The notes beneath the pieces were generated by a model. The model searched no databases. It had not been told where the DNA came from and worked only from the letters and a program-made list of their open reading frames with translations. This document shows, one piece after another, positions 1 through 8,930 of a stretch of 43,565 nucleotides of DNA. The DNA is from Planctomycetota bacterium. GTDB taxonomy: Bacteria > Planctomycetota > GCA-002687715 > DRQF01. Position 1 is the stretch's first letter; the number at the start of each line of letters is the position of its first letter. Both the position numbers and the translations under genes were made by a program. The stretch covers positions 1 to 43,565 of the forward strand of contig JAZGFI010000267.1 of the NCBI GenBank assembly GCA_036479435.1. Reading direction: 5' to 3'.

Positions 1-56
1 GGGGCGCTGACACCACCCTTCGGCCGAAACTCAGGTCTTCGAAGTTAGGCTCTCGC

Positions 57-1034
57 CTAACCTTCGACGGGTTCGGGGCCGGCCGGCCCGGGCTTCGTTT
101 CCGTCGAAACAGCCGGTTGGTCCGCGACCTTCGGAGCGCCAGCTTGAGTGTCTTCTTCTTGGCGCGCCTTGGCACCCTCTTCTTCGGAGACCCGCACCGC
201 GCGTTCTTCGCGGGCCTTTTTGAGGATATCGTCGAGCTTGGTTTGCTCGCCAGCACGCTTTTTTTGTTCCACGACGCGCGCCTTGCGCTTATCTTCCTTC
301 TTCGACTCGTCGGCGGCGCGACGCTTGTCTTCTTCGGCCTTGAATTGCGAGTGAGCTGACTTTCCGTTGCGAATCGACTCAGTCATCTTATCTAGCAAGA
401 CCTGGATGCTACGAAGCGCATCATCGTTCCCCGGAATTCCGATATCGACGGCCGAGGGGTCGCAGTCAGTATCGAGGATGGCGACACAAGGAACGCCCAT
501 CTTGCGAGCTTCGGCCACTGCCGTCTTTTCTTTGCGGGGGTCAATGACAATCATCGCGCCCGGCAAACTCGACATGTTGCGAATGCCGTGAAGGTTGCGG
601 TAGATCTTCGACTTCTCGCGCAAAAAGCGGGCGAGGGCTTTTTTGTTCATGGCATCCGTGGTGCCATCAGTCGCCATCATTTCGAGTTCTTCGAGACGAC
701 GGAGCCGCGAACGGATCGTTTCGAAGTTGGTGAGCATGCCGCCCAACCAACGCTCGGCGACGAAGGGCATCCCGAGTTTTCCGGCCTCTTCCGCAACGAG
801 GTTGCGTGCCTGGCGCTTGGTACCGACGAAGAGAATTTGCTTCCCCTCTGAGGCCACTCCCTGAAGGAACATGCTCGCCTGGATCAGGCCGCGAAGCGTT
901 TCTTTCAGGTTAATGATGTGGATGAGGTTGCGCTTGCCAAAGATGAAGGGAGCCATCTTTGGGTTCCAACGGCTCGCGCGATGCCCAAAATGGACGCCAG
1001 CTTCGAGGAGGTTTTTGATCGGAACACCATGCAT
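57..1034 (-). CDS. rpsB: 30S ribosomal protein S2 with long charged C-terminal extension
   Basis: LLEAGVHFGH, WNPKM, FVGTKRQA, RWLGGMLTNF, DTDCDP and PGNDDA motifs. Start moved to the ATG at 1034, preceded by GGAGAG. Confidence 0.98.
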   Translation of the reverse strand: MHGVPIKNLLEAGVHFGHRASRWNPKMAPFIFGKRNLIHIINLKETLRGLIQASMFLQGVASEGKQILFVGTKRQARNLVAEEAGKLGMPFVAERWLGGMLTNFETIRSRLRRLEELEMMATDGTTDAMNKKALARFLREKSKIYRNLHGIRNMSSLPGAMIVIDPRKEKTAVAEARKMGVPCVAILDTDCDPSAVDIGIPGNDDALRSIQVLLDKMTESIRNGKSAHSQFKAEEDKRRAADESKKEDKRKARVVEQKKRAGEQTKLDDILKKAREERAVRVSEEEGAKARQEEDTQAGAPKVADQPAVSTETKPGPAGPEPVEG

Positions 1035-1166
1035 GAATTTCTCTCCGGTCAGGACCACTTTTCTCCAACCGGCCGCATCTGCGGCACTGGGAGACCATTG
1101 TTCCTTAGTCGTTTATTCTCAAGGAGTAAGGTCAAGCGAGGGATACGGACCCCCCGCGAGGACGCT

Positions 1167-1194
1167 ATTCTAACAGGGCCCCGGACGCTCCCAA
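1167..1194 (-). promoter_or_regulatory. Putative sigma70 promoter for rpsB
   Basis: Minus strand TTGGGA-16 nt-TAGAAT with an extended -10 (TGn). Confidence 0.5.
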
Positions 1195-1247
1195 GTGCAA
1201 GGGGGCTCTATCCTTGCCACGCTTTCGACGATCGCGCATAAGCGTCG

Positions 1248-2447
1248 ATGGCCGCAAATCCACGCGAATCTGCTAGCGCGTCGCCGGACCTCTACTTTGT
1301 GGTGGCCGGAGAACCCTCCGGTGACCTCCATGGCAGCCATTTGCTTAGCGCCCTGACCAAGCAAGAGCCCAGCGCCCGCTTCGTCGGATTCGGCGGCACA
1401 AAGATGGCCGCGGCGGGCCTCACGGTCTTAGAGGATCTACCTTCACAGGCGATCATGGGGATCTTTCCGGTGCTGGCCGCCCTGCCCAAGATCAAAAGCT
1501 GGTTTCGGATCGCCGAAAAGACCCTTCGCGAACGCCGACCGCGGGCGCTCATCCTGATCGACTATCCGGGCTTCAATCTTCGTTTGGCAACCAAGGCCAA
1601 GCAGATGGGCATTCCGGTGCTCTTTTACATCTCCCCCCAAGTTTGGGCCTGGAGGCAAAAGCGCGTGCACCGCATCGCCCGCGTCGTCGATCTGTTGATT
1701 CCCATCTTGCCCTTCGAAGCTATCTACTACGCCGATACCGAACTGCGATGCGAGTACGTTGGTAACCCCCTAGTCGATCACTTGTCCCTGACGGCGCCAA
1801 AGCCAGAATTCGTGGCTGAGCTTCGCCGCAACTCCTCCCCCATCATCGGGGTTTTTCCCGGAAGTCGCGCCCACGTCGTCGAGTCTTTGGCCCCGGTCAT
1901 GGTCGAGGCTTTGCAGCTCTTGCGAAATCGGCCGGGTCTCAAAGACCTCCACTGTATTTTTGCCGCCGCCGACGAAAAGCTCGCCGCAAAGCTGCGGACC
2001 ATCGGCGAGCTCAAGGACCTCAATCACCGCATCGTCGTCGCTGATCCCTACTCCGTCATGGACGCCGCCGATTTTTGCCTCAGCACTTCGGGGACAACGA
2101 CCTTGGAGCTAGCCCTCAAGTCCAAACCGAGCATTTTGGCCTACCGCGTCTCAGCCCCCTTCTACTTTTTGGGAAAGGCGCTCATTCGCGTGCCTCATAT
2201 CGGCCTCGTCAACCTCATTGCCGGTCGCGAAGTGGTACCCGAACACATTGGCGTGCGCTCGTTCGCGAAAGCGCTCGTTTTGGATTTGGAGCGCTTGTTC
2301 AACGACGAGGACTTTCGCGCGAACATGTTGGAAGGAATGCGTGAGGTTCAACAAAAACTTGGAGGACCTGGCGCCTACGACCGCGCGGCGAAACTCATGC
2401 TCGACTACTTATCGTCAAACTCAGCGACTTTCGCCAAAGACTCCTGA
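1248..2447 (+). CDS. lpxB: Lipid-A-disaccharide synthase
   Basis: VAGEPSGDLHG, LIDYPGFNLRLA, YISPQVWAWR, ILPFE, VGNPL, FPGSR and SGTTTLE motifs. Confidence 0.97.
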   Translation: MAANPRESASASPDLYFVVAGEPSGDLHGSHLLSALTKQEPSARFVGFGGTKMAAAGLTVLEDLPSQAIMGIFPVLAALPKIKSWFRIAEKTLRERRPRALILIDYPGFNLRLATKAKQMGIPVLFYISPQVWAWRQKRVHRIARVVDLLIPILPFEAIYYADTELRCEYVGNPLVDHLSLTAPKPEFVAELRRNSSPIIGVFPGSRAHVVESLAPVMVEALQLLRNRPGLKDLHCIFAAADEKLAAKLRTIGELKDLNHRIVVADPYSVMDAADFCLSTSGTTTLELALKSKPSILAYRVSAPFYFLGKALIRVPHIGLVNLIAGREVVPEHIGVRSFAKALVLDLERLFNDEDFRANMLEGMREVQQKLGGPGAYDRAAKLMLDYLSSNSATFAKDS

Positions 2448-3457
2448 AGGGACGCGACAATTTTGTCGGCGGTTTCCAAAGCCAAAAGCCCATGTCGCCC
2501 GCTCACGACTGGCTCCGTTCCAGCTCGAATCGCCGCCACGAAGGCGCTGTTCTCTGCCTTCAAGGGTTCGACATCCTCAATCGCAATGGATTCAATCTCG
2601 ACCAGATTTTGCTGCATGAACAGCAAGGGGTTCTTCGCCGCCTCTTCGAAAACAGCGGCTAAATCCAAGCTCTTGTCTTTCAATCCTGCGCCCCGCCGGA
2701 TGATGCGACCTTCTTTTTTCCCGTAGTCCAGGGTCACGTAGGCATCGCGCGAAAAGATCCGAATAATGCGTTCCGTTTTCATCGCCACGCGGCTCGCCGT
2801 CGCATTGGCAACGGCACCATTTTCAAAGACGATCCGCGCATTCGCGAGATCTTCGTGCTTACCGATAACCGGCACGCCAACGGCGTGTACGGCCTTGACG
2901 GGGCTCTTAACCAGGTGAAGAACGATGTCGATGTCGTGAATCATCAAATCCAAAACCACGCCGACGTCGGAACTGCGAAAACTGAAAGGGCTTACACGGT
3001 GTGAATCGATGAACCGCGGCGCCAATTGGTAACGGTCCAAGGCCACCACCACCGGGTTGAAGCGCTCACTGTGGCCCACCATAAGCCTAAGGTTGCGGGC
3101 TTCGGCTAACTCGCAGAGTTGGCGGGCCTCATCAACCGTTGCGGCGATTGGCTTTTCGACCAGAACATGCCGGCCCGATTCCAGCAATTCCAAGCCCAGG
3201 CTCGCGTGATGAATCGTGGGTGCCGCGACGACGCAAGCCTCAACGCTCTTGGGGAGTTCGGCGACGGTGGCGAATGCTTGGGCCTGGTAAAGAGCCGCCA
3301 CTTCGCGAGCGCGATCCAAATCGGTATCAACGACGGCAACCAACTCGGCCTCCGGCAACTCCGCCAAAACGCGACAGTGGATGCGCCCGAGGTGGCCGAC
3401 TCCGACCACCGCCATCGGCATGGCGCGCGACGGGGGTTTCGCGACGGGATTAGACAT
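2405..3457 (-). CDS. Gfo/Idh/MocA family oxidoreductase (GnnA-like UDP-GlcNAc 3-dehydrogenase)
   Basis: VVGVGHLG Rossmann motif, LVEKPIA, GHSERFNP and DLMIHDID. The ATG at 3457 overlaps the lpxA stop, and the gene lies between lpxA and lpxB. Confidence 0.9.
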   Translation of the reverse strand: MSNPVAKPPSRAMPMAVVGVGHLGRIHCRVLAELPEAELVAVVDTDLDRAREVAALYQAQAFATVAELPKSVEACVVAAPTIHHASLGLELLESGRHVLVEKPIAATVDEARQLCELAEARNLRLMVGHSERFNPVVVALDRYQLAPRFIDSHRVSPFSFRSSDVGVVLDLMIHDIDIVLHLVKSPVKAVHAVGVPVIGKHEDLANARIVFENGAVANATASRVAMKTERIIRIFSRDAYVTLDYGKKEGRIIRRGAGLKDKSLDLAAVFEEAAKNPLLFMQQNLVEIESIAIEDVEPLKAENSAFVAAIRAGTEPVVSGRHGLLALETADKIVASLQESLAKVAEFDDK

Positions 3458-4250
3458 TGCGACTGCGGCCATGACGACCGCGGTCGACACGCAACAAAAA
3501 CTCGACGAGCTCATTCACTTCGGGGCTCTCGTTGGCATCGGCTTCCAACTCCGCCAAGATCTCAGAACGCAAACCCGAGGCCCTAAAAATGGCGCGATAG
3601 GCGGCTTTGATCTTTGCGATACGCTCGGCCGAAAAACCGTTGCGTTGCAAGCCAACGACGTTGACTTTCCGCACCTTGCTCGGGTGTCCTTCGACGATCA
3701 TGAAAGGAGGAACATCTTGAACGATGCGGGTCAATCCGCCGACGTAGGCCAATCTACCAATCGTCGTAAACTGGTGAACCGCGGCGGAGCCGTTCAAGGT
3801 CGCTCGGTCTTCCACCACCACATGTCCCGCCAAGAGCGCGTTGTTGGCCAAGACAACGTGGTCACCCAGCACGCAATCGTGAGCAATATGCGAACAGGCC
3901 ATCAGCAGATTGCCGTTGCCCACCCTCGTGCAACCGTCGCCTTTGGGAGTACCCCGATTGATCGTCGCCGACTCGCGAACGACATTCCGATCCCCCATCA
4001 CGAGGAATGTTTCTTCGCCATGCCACTGCAGATCTTGAGGATCCCCCCCCACCGCCGAGTGCGGATAAAAGGTGTTGTTGCAGCCGATCGAAGTATTGGG
4101 GCCGATGGCGACGTGGCTTTTCAAAACCGTGCCGTCCCCCACTGAAGAGTTCTCAGCGATCGAGCAAAAAGGACCGATGACGACGTTTTTGCCCAGCGTG
4201 ACGCTGGGATGCAGCCGCGCGCTCGGATCGACAGTATTCGTGTTGCTCAA
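3450..4250 (-). CDS. lpxA: Acyl-ACP--UDP-N-acetylglucosamine O-acyltransferase
   Basis: Hexapeptide repeats, GGDPQDL, RESATINRGT, HIAHDC, LAGHV, HQFT and QDVPPF. A TTG start at 4250 is assumed. Confidence 0.96.
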   Translation of the reverse strand: MSNTNTVDPSARLHPSVTLGKNVVIGPFCSIAENSSVGDGTVLKSHVAIGPNTSIGCNNTFYPHSAVGGDPQDLQWHGEETFLVMGDRNVVRESATINRGTPKGDGCTRVGNGNLLMACSHIAHDCVLGDHVVLANNALLAGHVVVEDRATLNGSAAVHQFTTIGRLAYVGGLTRIVQDVPPFMIVEGHPSKVRKVNVVGLQRNGFSAERIAKIKAAYRAIFRASGLRSEILAELEADANESPEVNELVEFLLRVDRGRHGRSRNV

Positions 4251-4286
4251 TGAAAGGTCCCCATGGCGGTGAGCGAGATCGCTGGA

Positions 4287-4315
4287 ATTATATCCTGTCA
4301 CACCCACTTGGTCAC
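4287..4315 (-). promoter_or_regulatory. Putative internal sigma70 promoter upstream of lpxA
   Basis: Minus strand GTGACC-17 nt-TATAAT. Confidence 0.55.
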
Positions 4316-4345
4316 GGCGTGGCTGGAATACGGTGATAGACGGCG

Positions 4346-5644
4346 TTACTCCGCCATCATCATGAACTTCAAGACGGCCTCGACCGTCAACTCACCGTTG
4401 ACGGTGCCCCGGCCCACAACTTTTCCCGAAGTGCTCCTTATGTGGAGAGTTTCACACTCAAGGCGAAGCTGGTCACCCGGCACCACCGGGCGCCTAAACT
4501 TGATGTGGTCGATCGAGAGCAAGACTGCGATCTTGCCCGTGTTCTCCATCCGACGCAGCAAAAGCACCCCGGCGAGCTGAGCCAGGGCTTCGACCTGAAG
4601 AACGCCGGGGAAAATCGGCTGCCCCGGCCAATGCCCCTGAAACTGGGGCTCGTTGAAGGTGACGTTTTTGATCGCGACCGCACGCTGGAAGCCCTCGATC
4701 GAAATAACGCGGTCCAAAAACAAAAAGGGATAGCGGTGCGGAATGATCTTCATGATCTCTCGAATGTCGAGACCCGTCTCCCGTTGCACCAGTCCGAGAT
4801 TTTCCTTCTCTTGAAGCCGCCGCATGATCTTTTGAACGAGTTCCACGTTGGCAGCATGGCCGCTTTTGGTGGCGACAATTTGAGCCCGTAGGTCGATGCC
4901 CAAGAGCCCCAAGTCGCCGACTAGATCGAGGGTCTTGTGCCGAGCCAACTCGTTGTCGAAACGAAAACTGTTGTCAATCACGCCATCGGCGCCGATGACG
5001 AGAGTGTTGTCGGTCGAAGCTCCCTTGCCAAAGCCCGCAGCCTGCAGTTCTTTGGCTTCAGACTCGAGACAAAAAGTCCTCGCCGGCGCGATCTCTTCTG
5101 TAAATGCCCCTTCGTCCAATTCGAAACTGCAAAACTGCGAAGGCAGGTGCGAGTCTGAGGGGTAGTCAAGCGTATAGGAGATCTTCAGCCCCGCCTCGTG
5201 GGGAAAAGCCACGATGTGCACATCGCCCGATTCAACGACGATGGTCTTGTCGAGCTTAAAGAGCTTGCGAAGCTTTTTTTGCAGGGCGCTGCCGGCACTT
5301 TGCAACAGCTCAACAAAGGGCAAGGCTGACCCGTCAACGCCGGGCAGTTCGGGGCCATCGATTTCGACAATAAGATTGTCGATTTGAAGGGCGTGAATGG
5401 CCGACATGAAATGCTCGACGGTTTGTACTTCGGCCTGATCGGCTACCAATACCGTCTGCCGGCTTCTTTGCACCGCGTGCCGAAAATCCGCGGGGATGCG
5501 CGGCTCACCATTCAAGTCAGTGCGCACGAAAACGACGCCCGAATCCGGCTCGGCCGGTTTCAGGCTGACGTTAACTCGTTCACCGTTGTGGATGCCGACT
5601 CCCGACAGTGAAGCTGGCTGGCTAATCGTCCGCTGGTTGCGCAA
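4346..5644 (-). CDS. lpxC: Bifunctional LpxC (UDP-3-O-acyl-GlcNAc deacetylase)/FabZ (3-hydroxyacyl-ACP dehydratase)
   Basis: N-terminal QRTI, GVGIHNG, TVEH, IAPARTF, RHKTLDLVGD and GH motifs. C-terminal IPHRYPFL and GHWPGQPIFPGVLQVEALAQ (FabZ). Confidence 0.96.
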   Translation of the reverse strand: MRNQRTISQPASLSGVGIHNGERVNVSLKPAEPDSGVVFVRTDLNGEPRIPADFRHAVQRSRQTVLVADQAEVQTVEHFMSAIHALQIDNLIVEIDGPELPGVDGSALPFVELLQSAGSALQKKLRKLFKLDKTIVVESGDVHIVAFPHEAGLKISYTLDYPSDSHLPSQFCSFELDEGAFTEEIAPARTFCLESEAKELQAAGFGKGASTDNTLVIGADGVIDNSFRFDNELARHKTLDLVGDLGLLGIDLRAQIVATKSGHAANVELVQKIMRRLQEKENLGLVQRETGLDIREIMKIIPHRYPFLFLDRVISIEGFQRAVAIKNVTFNEPQFQGHWPGQPIFPGVLQVEALAQLAGVLLLRRMENTGKIAVLLSIDHIKFRRPVVPGDQLRLECETLHIRSTSGKVVGRGTVNGELTVEAVLKFMMMAE

Positions 5645-5656
5645 AGCAAATCGACT

Positions 5657-6268
5657 CTACTTCATCGCATTCTTGACATCCTGAGTGATGTCGATGCTGC
5701 CCTTGGCGTAGAGAACAGTGCGCACCACGATGCTCGAGCTTACCTCGCTCATCTGCTTGCCGAGGACTTTCCCCGTTTGCTTCATCAACACCATGTCGAT
5801 GTTGCGCCTTTTGGCGATATCCTCGACAATGGCGCGAACTTTTTCAAAAGTCTCTTTGGTCAAGGTCGCTTGTTGACTGTCGTACTGGGCTTGGTTGACT
5901 TCCTGATTGAACTTCAACTGAGCTTCTTTGACACGGATCTTCGCCGCGATCTCGAAGTACTCGGAACTTTGCCGGACGTAGACCCCGGCTTCTTGCTTCA
6001 TCGAGCGTAGTTCTTCGGCGAGCTCTTGCAGTGCGCGGCGCTTCGAGTTGAAGGTGTTGCGCAGCGAGTCGAAGGCACCCGATTGGTCGATAAAGTCGGA
6101 AATGACTTCTTCCATATCGACCGTCGCCATCGACGGGGCGCGATAGACGACCGTCGGATCAGCTTCTCGCGACGCCAAGTCGTTGACGAGCGGAGCGAGA
6201 CCCAAGCCAAGCATGAGTGCGACTAGCGTGAGCGCCAAAATGAGAGTCTGCGTGTTCGGGCGGAACAT
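5657..6268 (-). CDS. skp: OmpH/Skp family periplasmic chaperone
   Basis: Signal-like N-terminus, ATVDMEEV, long helical coiled region, IAKRRNIDMVL, VLYA...DITQDV. Lies directly after bamA and has an AGGAGG RBS. Confidence 0.85.
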   Translation of the reverse strand: MFRPNTQTLILALTLVALMLGLGLAPLVNDLASREADPTVVYRAPSMATVDMEEVISDFIDQSGAFDSLRNTFNSKRRALQELAEELRSMKQEAGVYVRQSSEYFEIAAKIRVKEAQLKFNQEVNQAQYDSQQATLTKETFEKVRAIVEDIAKRRNIDMVLMKQTGKVLGKQMSEVSSSIVVRTVLYAKGSIDITQDVKNAMK

Positions 6269-6381
6269 GTCCTACCTCCTCGAATCGTTCTTGTCGGCTC
6301 GCGCGGACATCCATGGTTGCCCATCGCGAGTCAGGGTGTCGAGTACCTTGGGTACCTCGACGCAATGACGGTGTTCCGGCC

Positions 6382-8796
6382 TTAGAACTGCCGGCTGAAA
6401 CTGAAACTGATGATCTGAGTCTGGTCCTCTTTGTATTTCACGAGAGGAAACGCAAAGTCAACGGCGAAAGGTCGGTCGCCCAAAAACCCGATCTTGAGTC
6501 TGATACCAAAGCCGACGGCGACTCGAAAGTTGCTGAGGTCGCCGTCGCCGAAGCCATTCGCCAAGGTTCCCGTGTCCAGAAAAACGACGCCCTTCAAAAT
6601 GTCTTCGTAAAGCGGGAAGTCGTAGTTCAAAGATCCGGTAATGACGATTTTTCCGCCCTCGGGACTACCGCCAGTCTGGGGACCAATGCCGCGGAACTCA
6701 AAGCCGCGAACGCTGCCCTGACCGCCAGCAAAAAGCCGCTCGTAAATTGGAACGTCATCGGTCGACCCAAACTCTTTGATGTACCCGATAGTCCCCTCAA
6801 AGAACAAGGTCTGCTTGCGGTTCTCGGCGTCTTGGTGAACCGTGAGGTAGTACTCGGTGTCGATGCGTATCTTTTGAAACTCAAGATCACCACCAAGGCC
6901 CGCGTACTCGTAATTCAAAAGCAGTCGATAGCCCTCACTCGGGCTCGCGTAGCTGTCGAGGTCGGCAATTGTGATGCCGGCCGTCAGGCTCGAAACGACA
7001 CGACTGCCCTGGTAGTCAAACACGACTTGAGGCACATCGTCGTCGATGTCGTCGACGCGGATCTCTTCGAGACGGTAACGCAGGTTCGCAGAGATATTAT
7101 TGCCGATGCGACGCCCCACGCGCACGTTGAACCCGGTACGCGTCTCATCCCAGCCCTCGCGAATCCGCGCGCGCCTGAACAAGACCGTGTTGAACTCGTA
7201 CTCGGAGTCGAAGATGAAGGGGTGAGTGTAGGAGGCCTGAAACTGGGTCTCGACGGTACCTGGGAAAAAGGACAACTCGAGGATTTGACCGCCGCCGGTG
7301 AAGGCATCGAGGATGTCGTCGAAGCTATCGGGAAAGTCCGTCGGATCGAAGTTCGTCTTGAGGTAGGTGATCGCGCCAACCAGGCCGGCGTTCGAGTTCA
7401 GACCGGCCGCAAAGCGGATGGAACCGGTGTCGACTTCTTCGACTTCAATCGCAATGTCTTTGACCGAGTCTTTATCGGTGTCACTCACGTTGAGGAAAAC
7501 GTTTTTGTAGGACTCGAACTTCTTGTTGGTAATCGGCAAGGTCAAGACATCCAAATTCTCTCGATTGAAGTAATCCAATCGGATCAAGCGCCGCTTCGCG
7601 CGATCAAGCGTGTTCGTGTTGAGCGGTTGACCGGGGGATAGGTCCTCTAACAACCTGCGGATGACCTTATCTCGCGTCTCGGTGTTGTTGACGATCGTCA
7701 CGTCGCCGATCACGGACCGTTGCCCCTCGACGAGGGAAAAGACAAGGTCGACTTCGAAGCCTTCGGCCGGGGTGCGCGTCGCATCCCGCGGGTTCGCGTC
7801 GGTAAAGGCCTGGTCGCGGTATTTTCGCCTGATCATGGCGAGGTCTTCGTAGACCTTGAGGTACTGTTCGTAGCGGTCGCCGACTTTCGATTTCAGCTCG
7901 TCCCTGATTTCCTCTTCGTTGATGTTTTCGAGGCCTTCGAAGTTGATGCTGCGAATGATGTAGGGCTCATTTTCGCGAACTCGGATCGTCAAAAAGACTT
8001 GTTCTTTGTCGGTACTAAAGCGGCGATCTTCGAGCGTGACATCGGCGTCCAAAAAGCCATTGCCGCGATAAAATCGCTGCAACCCGACCATGTCCTTGGT
8101 GAATCGCGATTCGACGTAGGAGGTGCCGAACAAAAAGCCGCCCTCATCGCTGGTCGGCATCGCGTCCAAAAGATCGCTTTTGCTGAAGCTTTTGTTGCCA
8201 ACAAAAACGACTTCTTCGAACTGAACCTCCGGCCCCTCAGTCACCTGAAAGATGACGGTCGTAAACTCGTCGACGGGTCGACTGACCTTGACCTGGACGA
8301 AATGATAGCCGCCCTTAAGGTACTCCTCACGAATGCGATTCACATCGAGTTGCAGGGTGATCTCGTCGGCGAGCCCCCCCTCGGTGGTGTCGATGAAGGC
8401 CAAGATCTCGTCGCGATTGAAGTGCTCGTTGCCGAGCAAGATCAGGGCGCCGACGGCGGGATTCTCGGTGACAAAGAGCGACACTTTGACGCCCTGCCCC
8501 GAAATCGACGTTCTCTCTTCGACACGACTGAACAGTCGCAACTCTTGAACGAGTTTTTTGATGTCCTCGTTGAGTTCTTTGGCGTTGAGAGGCCGGCCGA
8601 CTTTCGTCTTCATCTTGGCGCGGATGTTCTCGGGTTGGGCGAGCTTGGCACCGACGAATTCGATGTCGACGACCTTCATGCCTTCGAACTTATCCTGTGG
8701 TGACGATGACTCGTCCCCAGGGGGGTTGCCTTGGGCCCTAGCCGACACCAAGACGAGCGCCGTTGTCAGCAGCAAGTAGCAGATTCGACGCAGCAA
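6382..8796 (-). CDS. bamA: Outer membrane protein assembly factor BamA
   Basis: Signal peptide, POTRA repeats (Y..GY/GF..A.V, EG....I..V.F.GN), SVRGF motif and C-terminal FSFSRQF beta-signal. Confidence 0.95.
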   Translation of the reverse strand: MLRRICYLLLTTALVLVSARAQGNPPGDESSSPQDKFEGMKVVDIEFVGAKLAQPENIRAKMKTKVGRPLNAKELNEDIKKLVQELRLFSRVEERTSISGQGVKVSLFVTENPAVGALILLGNEHFNRDEILAFIDTTEGGLADEITLQLDVNRIREEYLKGGYHFVQVKVSRPVDEFTTVIFQVTEGPEVQFEEVVFVGNKSFSKSDLLDAMPTSDEGGFLFGTSYVESRFTKDMVGLQRFYRGNGFLDADVTLEDRRFSTDKEQVFLTIRVRENEPYIIRSINFEGLENINEEEIRDELKSKVGDRYEQYLKVYEDLAMIRRKYRDQAFTDANPRDATRTPAEGFEVDLVFSLVEGQRSVIGDVTIVNNTETRDKVIRRLLEDLSPGQPLNTNTLDRAKRRLIRLDYFNRENLDVLTLPITNKKFESYKNVFLNVSDTDKDSVKDIAIEVEEVDTGSIRFAAGLNSNAGLVGAITYLKTNFDPTDFPDSFDDILDAFTGGGQILELSFFPGTVETQFQASYTHPFIFDSEYEFNTVLFRRARIREGWDETRTGFNVRVGRRIGNNISANLRYRLEEIRVDDIDDDVPQVVFDYQGSRVVSSLTAGITIADLDSYASPSEGYRLLLNYEYAGLGGDLEFQKIRIDTEYYLTVHQDAENRKQTLFFEGTIGYIKEFGSTDDVPIYERLFAGGQGSVRGFEFRGIGPQTGGSPEGGKIVITGSLNYDFPLYEDILKGVVFLDTGTLANGFGDGDLSNFRVAVGFGIRLKIGFLGDRPFAVDFAFPLVKYKEDQTQIISFSFSRQF

Positions 8797-8930
8797 TTTG
8801 CCTCTCCGTTTCCCTTGGGAGTCCGTGCAGACGATAACCCGAAGGGGTCACGGTCGCATCCCCCCGTCAGCGAACACTTTGACCGTCCCGCCCGGCTCAA
8901 AACAAGACCAAAATTGAGCTAAAACGATAT

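Noticed and set aside
6313..8703. Long + strand ORFs (442 and 327 aa) opposite bamA
   Set aside because: Antisense shadow frames expected from high-GC codon bias; no motifs, and bamA is clearly the real gene.
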